Below, in pieces: positions 58,766-64,000 of a stretch of DNA of 64,000 nucleotides. Source of the DNA: Eledone cirrhosa. Its lineage: Eukaryota. The notes beneath the pieces are model-generated. The model saw only the letters and a program-made list of their open reading frames with translations. It did not search any database and had not been told where the DNA came from. The translations under genes were made by a program, and so were the position numbers. Where the stretch lies: assembly GCA_964016885.1 (NCBI GenBank), contig OZ024742.1, forward strand, positions 120,094,001 to 120,158,000, read 5' to 3'. Within the stretch, counting starts at the first letter, position 1. Each line of letters starts with the position of its first letter.

Positions 58766-59659
58766 CTAATATTGATATTCAACAGTTGTCTATTATCAGT
58801 CGAAGAGCCCTAAATAGACTATCAATAATACCCTTCCTCCTTAGATTAATACTTACAAACAAAATATAGTGTATAAAGCTGTATCATTATGTTACTTAAA
58901 CACTATATTACAGACAGTGTTTAACAGTACTATTTGATGGTTTGTATAACGATTTCCTTCTTTTTTCTTGTTCTTCATAACAAAGAGTTGAATAGGTTTT
59001 TAGACTCTCAAGAAGATTGAAATAATGATGAAGGACAGATAAAGAACAATTTTTAGATAAAAGATAAGTAATAAAGTATGAATGGAATGGTAAAATGCTC
59101 AGATTATGGGTATTGGCTAGATTAAATTATTTATCTTCAATACTTGTAAAGATCAATATAAATAGCGAACTAACAGAACACAATGTTTATGAACTGATAG
59201 TTTTCAAGTGGTAATATAAACAAAATACATAAATAAACTAGAAAAACAGTTACAGAAATGCAGAATAGAAATGTCCCATAAGCCATTATGTTGTTGGGTA
59301 GAAGGGCAATATTAAATGTTTATGTAGTATGTTACGGGTAGATCAGCTAGGAAGATTTTTATTCTTTCACAAGCTGTTGTATTATAAATTGGATTTATCA
59401 AAGGTAGGAGTTGCAACATTCATGCCTTTCAAATAGACATCAGTGATGTAAGTTGAGAAAAATGGCTGTAGCTGGGGATGGAAATTTGACTATGAACAAG
59501 AGAGATGAAAGTAGGAATATAAAATGGCAATCAAAAATGCTTTACAATCATAAAATATGGCATATGTTAGTGTTGTTATGTACATTGATAGATGTGGGGG
59601 GAATATATGCATGAGAAGCCTCCAAGATAATCATAACATCGTTCAACAACAACAATAAT

Positions 59660-59845
59660 AATAATGGTTTCTTATATAGGCACAAGGCCAGCAATTTTGG
59701 GGAGGGGAAAGTCGATTAAATTGACACCTCGACCCCATAAGGATGAAAGGCAAAGTTAACCTCAGCAGGATTTGAACTCAGATCATAAAAGGCCGTAACT
59801 CGATGCTGCAAAGCATGGCATCCGACCCTCTACCGATACTGCCCT
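59660..59845 (-). mobile_element. Nin/Deu-core SINE
   Basis: Same family; an inverted copy of its tail lies at 59891-59937. Confidence 0.85.
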
Positions 59846-59851
59846 AACAAC

Positions 59852-59890
<39 letters not shown>

Positions 59891-59950
59891 TTAATCGACT
59901 TTCCCCTCCCCAAAATTGCTGGCCTTGTGCCTATATAATAATAATAATAA

Positions 59951-61546
59951 GGACTAGATAAATGCGCCAAAGCAACGTTCACCAGAGGAAAGCTGCTGAA
60001 GAGTTCAGACATTAATCTTGATCGGGGGAACGTGATAAGAGAACTTGATCAAGAAAAAACTTACAAATATCTAGGTGTTTGTGAAGGAGACGGAATCAAG
60101 CACTCGACAATGAGGGAAAGGATAAGGAAGGAATGTTACCGCAGAGTAAGAGCAATCTTAAGAACGGAATTGAATGCAAGGAATAGGATCGATGCCATAA
60201 ACACGCTTGCCATACCAGTAGTAACCTACAGTTACAATGTCATCAACTGGTCAAGCACAGAGATCCGTAGGCTCGATACAAAAATTCAAAAATTCTTAAC
60301 CATGCACAGAATGCATCACCCTAAGGCAGATACAGATAGAATATATCTCCCTAGGAAAGAAGGAGGACGTGGGTTAATCCAGTTAGACATTGCGTTGAAA
60401 ACTGCAACAATTGGATTATCTACATATCTAAGGGAATCACATGATTGGATGATCAAACTCGTTTTGAAACACGAAAGCATCAAAAGATCATATTCCATTA
60501 CAAAAGATGCACAAAGATACAGTAATGGACTACAAATTTCAGAAGTCCCATTTACTGTTGAAATGGAAAACACAGAAAAAGCAAAGCAGGTAAAAGTAAC
60601 TGCAAAGAAAGAACTGCTACAGAAACTGGCTAAGAAATGGCAAGAAAAGCCTCTGTATGGAAAATACCCAGAGCGAGCTCACAATCCTGATGTTGACAAA
60701 ACTTTAACCCATCAGTGGTTGGCATCCTCTGGACTGAAATCGGAGACTGAAGGACTGATTATATCAGCACAAGATCAGTGTCTGCCAACAAAAAATTACC
60801 AAGCCGACATAATAAAAAATGGATGCAGCCCATTATGCCGTGTGTGCAAAAAACAACCAGAGACCATTGACCATATAATTTCAATGTGCAGTCCTATAGC
60901 TCCAACCGAATAACTAAACAGGCATGACAGAGCTGCACAATACATACATTGGATAATGTGTAAGCATTTTGACCTGCCCCATCAAAAGAATTGGTGGGAG
61001 CATCAACCACCTCCCATACTTGAAAAAGATCACATCTCAATCTTGTGGAACTTTAGCATCCAAACAGACCGAAAAATAGATGCAAATAGACCTGATATAA
61101 TATTGAAGGACTTTAAAAAGAGGGTATGCCTGCTAATTGATATGTCTGTTCCAATAGACAAGAATGTATCTATAAAAACATTTGAAAAATTGAGCAAGTA
61201 TAAGGACCTGGAGATAGAAATTGGAAAAATGTGGAAATTGAGAACTAAAACAATACCAGTGGTTGTAGGCGCTCTGGGAATGATACCTAAGGGGTCTAAT
61301 GATTACTTATCGCAAATCCCAGGAAACCCACGTATAGGAGAAATACAAAAGATAGTACTAATGGGAACTGCCCATATACTAAGGAAGATTCTGTCAATAT
61401 AAGTACATCACAAGTCTAAACACTAAAGATGCATGTGTGAGTATGTATGTTCTTTCTTGAACATGGCGGACCTTGTTGTCTCTTGAGGTCACTGGTTGTG
61501 ACTTGGTGATAACTCGTATGAACATAAAGCAAGATAAATGCAACTG
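59951..61546 (+). mobile_element. R4/Dong-like non-LTR element (restriction-like endonuclease), 5'-truncated
   Basis: YKYLG, CRVC..ETIDHI..C knuckle, RHD, RPDI..ID..EK..KY; one in-frame TAA at 60911; (AAT)n on both sides. Confidence 0.9.
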
Positions 61547-61572
61547 TAATAATAATAATAATAATGATAATA

Positions 61573-63692
61573 TTGATGTCAGGTGAGGTACCAGAGTGGT
61601 TGACAAAAGGTACCACAGTTCTGGTAATGAAAGACCGAATCAAGGGTAATGATGTTACCAACTATAGACCTTTCACATGTCTGTCCGTAATGTGGAAACT
61701 GTTGACAAGCATTGTGTCTGAGGAAATCTACCATCACCTCCACACAAACAACTTGTTACCGGACGAACAGAAAGGATGCTGAAAGAAGTCCCGTGGTACA
61801 AAGGACCAGTTACTGATTGATAAGATGGTAATGAGGAATTGCAAGAGGAGACACACTGGTCTTGCCATGGGATGGATAGACTACAAAAAGGCATTTGACA
61901 TGGTGCCTCATTCTTGGATCACCAAAAGTCTAGAGATCTTCAAGGTGGCAGATAACATCAGACAGTTGTTGGGCAAAAGTATGAAGTCCTGGAAAACAGA
62001 GTTAACATCAGCTGGAGAATCCTTGGTAGGCGTGAAGATCAAGAGAGGTATCTTCCAGGGAGATAGTCTGTCCCCTCTGTTGTTTGTCCTTGCCCTGATG
62101 CCCCTGACCATTATACTGCGAAAAGTGAGAGCAGGATACAAGTTGGGAAAGGGAGAGCTTACCATCAACCACCTCCTCTTCATGGACGATCTTAAGCTCT
62201 TCGGGAAGAGTGAAAAGGAGTTGGATGTACTTGTTGACACTGTCTGTATTTTCAGCAATGATATATGTATGCAATTTGGTATTAGTAAGTGTGGAGTCCT
62301 TGTGATGAAGAGGGGTAAATTGAGCAGAAGCAACAGAATCCAGGTACCAACAGGTGAGATGATAAAGGAAATTGACACTGAAGAAGGATACACGTATTTG
62401 GGTGTTCTGGAAGCTGATGACATCAAGAACAAAAAAATGAAGGAATTGATAAAATCTGAATACATTCGGAGAGTATAGAGCGTATTAAAGTCACATCTGA
62501 ACAGTAGGAATGCCATAAGTGCAGTAAATTCCCGAGCTGTGTCTATTATTAGGTACAGTGTGGGAATTCTGAGATGGAATGTTGCTGAACAAAAAGAAAT
62601 GGATAGGAAGATTAGGAAGCTATTGACTATCTACAACATGTTCCACAAGAGGAGTGATGTCGATAGACTCTACTTAAGGAGATCTGAAGGTGGAAGAGGT
62701 CTTATCAGCATAGAGGACTGTGTTCAGATGGAGAAAAACAACCTACACAATACGTGACTGATAGTAAGGAGCCAATGCTCAGAATTGTACTGAAGGAGAG
62801 GACAATAGACCAGGGGATGTCCAAGGAGGAAATAACAACGAGGAGTAAGAGCAGCCTTCATGAAAAATCCCTTCATAGTACTTTCTTTGAGAAAACTGAA
62901 TTCAGATATCCACAAACATGGAACTGGTTGAGAAGAGGAGACCTTAAAAAGGCTACAGAAGGAATGCTAATGGCTGCGCAAGAGCAGGCCCTCAAAACGA
63001 AGTGGCTGAAACACCATATTTACAAGGAGGAGGCTAGTCCACTGTGCAGGATCTGTGGAGAGAGAGAGAGGAGACTGTGGCTCACATTGTATCCGAGTGT
63101 AAACACCTCGCCCAGACTCACTATAAAGGCTGGAGACATGATGTGATGGGCAGGGTGATCCACTGGCACCTATGCAAAGTAAACAATTTACCACATTCTG
63201 AGAAGTGGTATGAGCATAAGCCAGAGTCGGTGATAGAAAACGATCAGGTGAAGGTGCTGTGGGATTTTAGGATACAGACGGACAAGAAACTGGAACACAA
63301 TAGACCTGACCTGGTGGTTTTAGACAAGGAAAAAAGATTGTGCCTGATTGTGGATGTGGCTTGCCCATTCGACACGATAGTGCAAGAGAAGGAGAGGGAG
63401 AAAATTAATCGATACCAGGACTTAAAGTCGGAGGTAAAAAGGATTTGGAACTACCATGAAGTCAAAGGGTCCCGATTGTCATAGGTGCACTAGGTACTAT
63501 CTCAAAAGTTTCCAGGGATGGTTAAAGAAAATTGGCCCCGCCCCGCTTTTTGGAACACTTCAAAAGGCATGCTTGCTGGGAACAGCAAGAACCTTCCGAT
63601 ACGTCCTGAATATCTGAGGCTGCAGATAGTGGCTTGATATTCATTTCAACAAACTTTCCAGTTAACTAACATCAATGACTGAGACTCAAAGA
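61573..63692 (+). mobile_element. Second R4/Dong-like element, different family, decayed
   Basis: [43 protein letters not shown]; several stops and frameshifts; (AAT)n flanks. Confidence 0.9.
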
Positions 63693-63718
63693 ACAATAAT
63701 AATAATAATAATAATAAT

Positions 63719-64000
63719 GCTTTCTTTATTAACCACAAGGGTTTACACAAAGTAGACATTAAGGACAGTACAGGACAATACAGGACGACCGTCCTGTATT
63801 GTCCTGTACAAATGGGCATTTCTGTGTGTAAAAAACAAAAAAACAGAGGATGTAATAATAGAACAATGAAAAAATTCCCCAATAGGGGGGAGACTTCCGA
63901 TGGCCATCGTGGAGAAAGCCCATTAAAAAAGCCACGGTGATCCTGACCACCAGGGCAATTGTCCTCTCCCAGTTTTCCACCTTCAATTTACAGGCATATA
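63719..64000 (-). mobile_element. Probable 3' UTR of an L1/Tx1-type LINE running off the window
   Basis: Minus strand ends CCTTGTGGTTAATAAAGAAAG at the (TTA)n tract; no coding evidence within the window. Confidence 0.4.

Overview
AT-rich eukaryotic DNA, most likely an octopod cephalopod (inferred from the SINE/RTE repertoire and microsatellite load). Most of the window appears to lie inside a minus-strand GALNT1/13-like polypeptide GalNAc-transferase gene. Its first coding exon is at 56789-57244 (ATG 57023), and two candidate 27-nt phase-1 microexons lie at 9095-9121 and 2898-2924. The long intron holds a ~33-kb island (~14570-47640) of more than 20 young retroelement modules, each bounded by (TA)n/TACA tracts, one of them 5.2 kb long. 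The island contains Penelope-like elements (a Neptune-type and a Naiad-type GIY-YIG copy) and several non-coding fold-back mini-elements. These share one architecture: an inverted 5' copy of the 3' end that stops 30-90 nt short of the terminus at an internal TA site. Several carry type I hammerhead ribozymes, two of them with a compensatory U3-A8 core. The island also holds an RTE LINE with an open ORF, a PHD finger inside the RT region and a YAAD active site; three RTE copies truncated at the same point and arranged as head-to-head pairs; and a CR1-group LINE. Two R4/Dong-like elements sit in (AAT)n at the right end. The long Tyr/Ile ORFs are microsatellite artefacts. All calls were made by eye; no database searches or folding programs were run.
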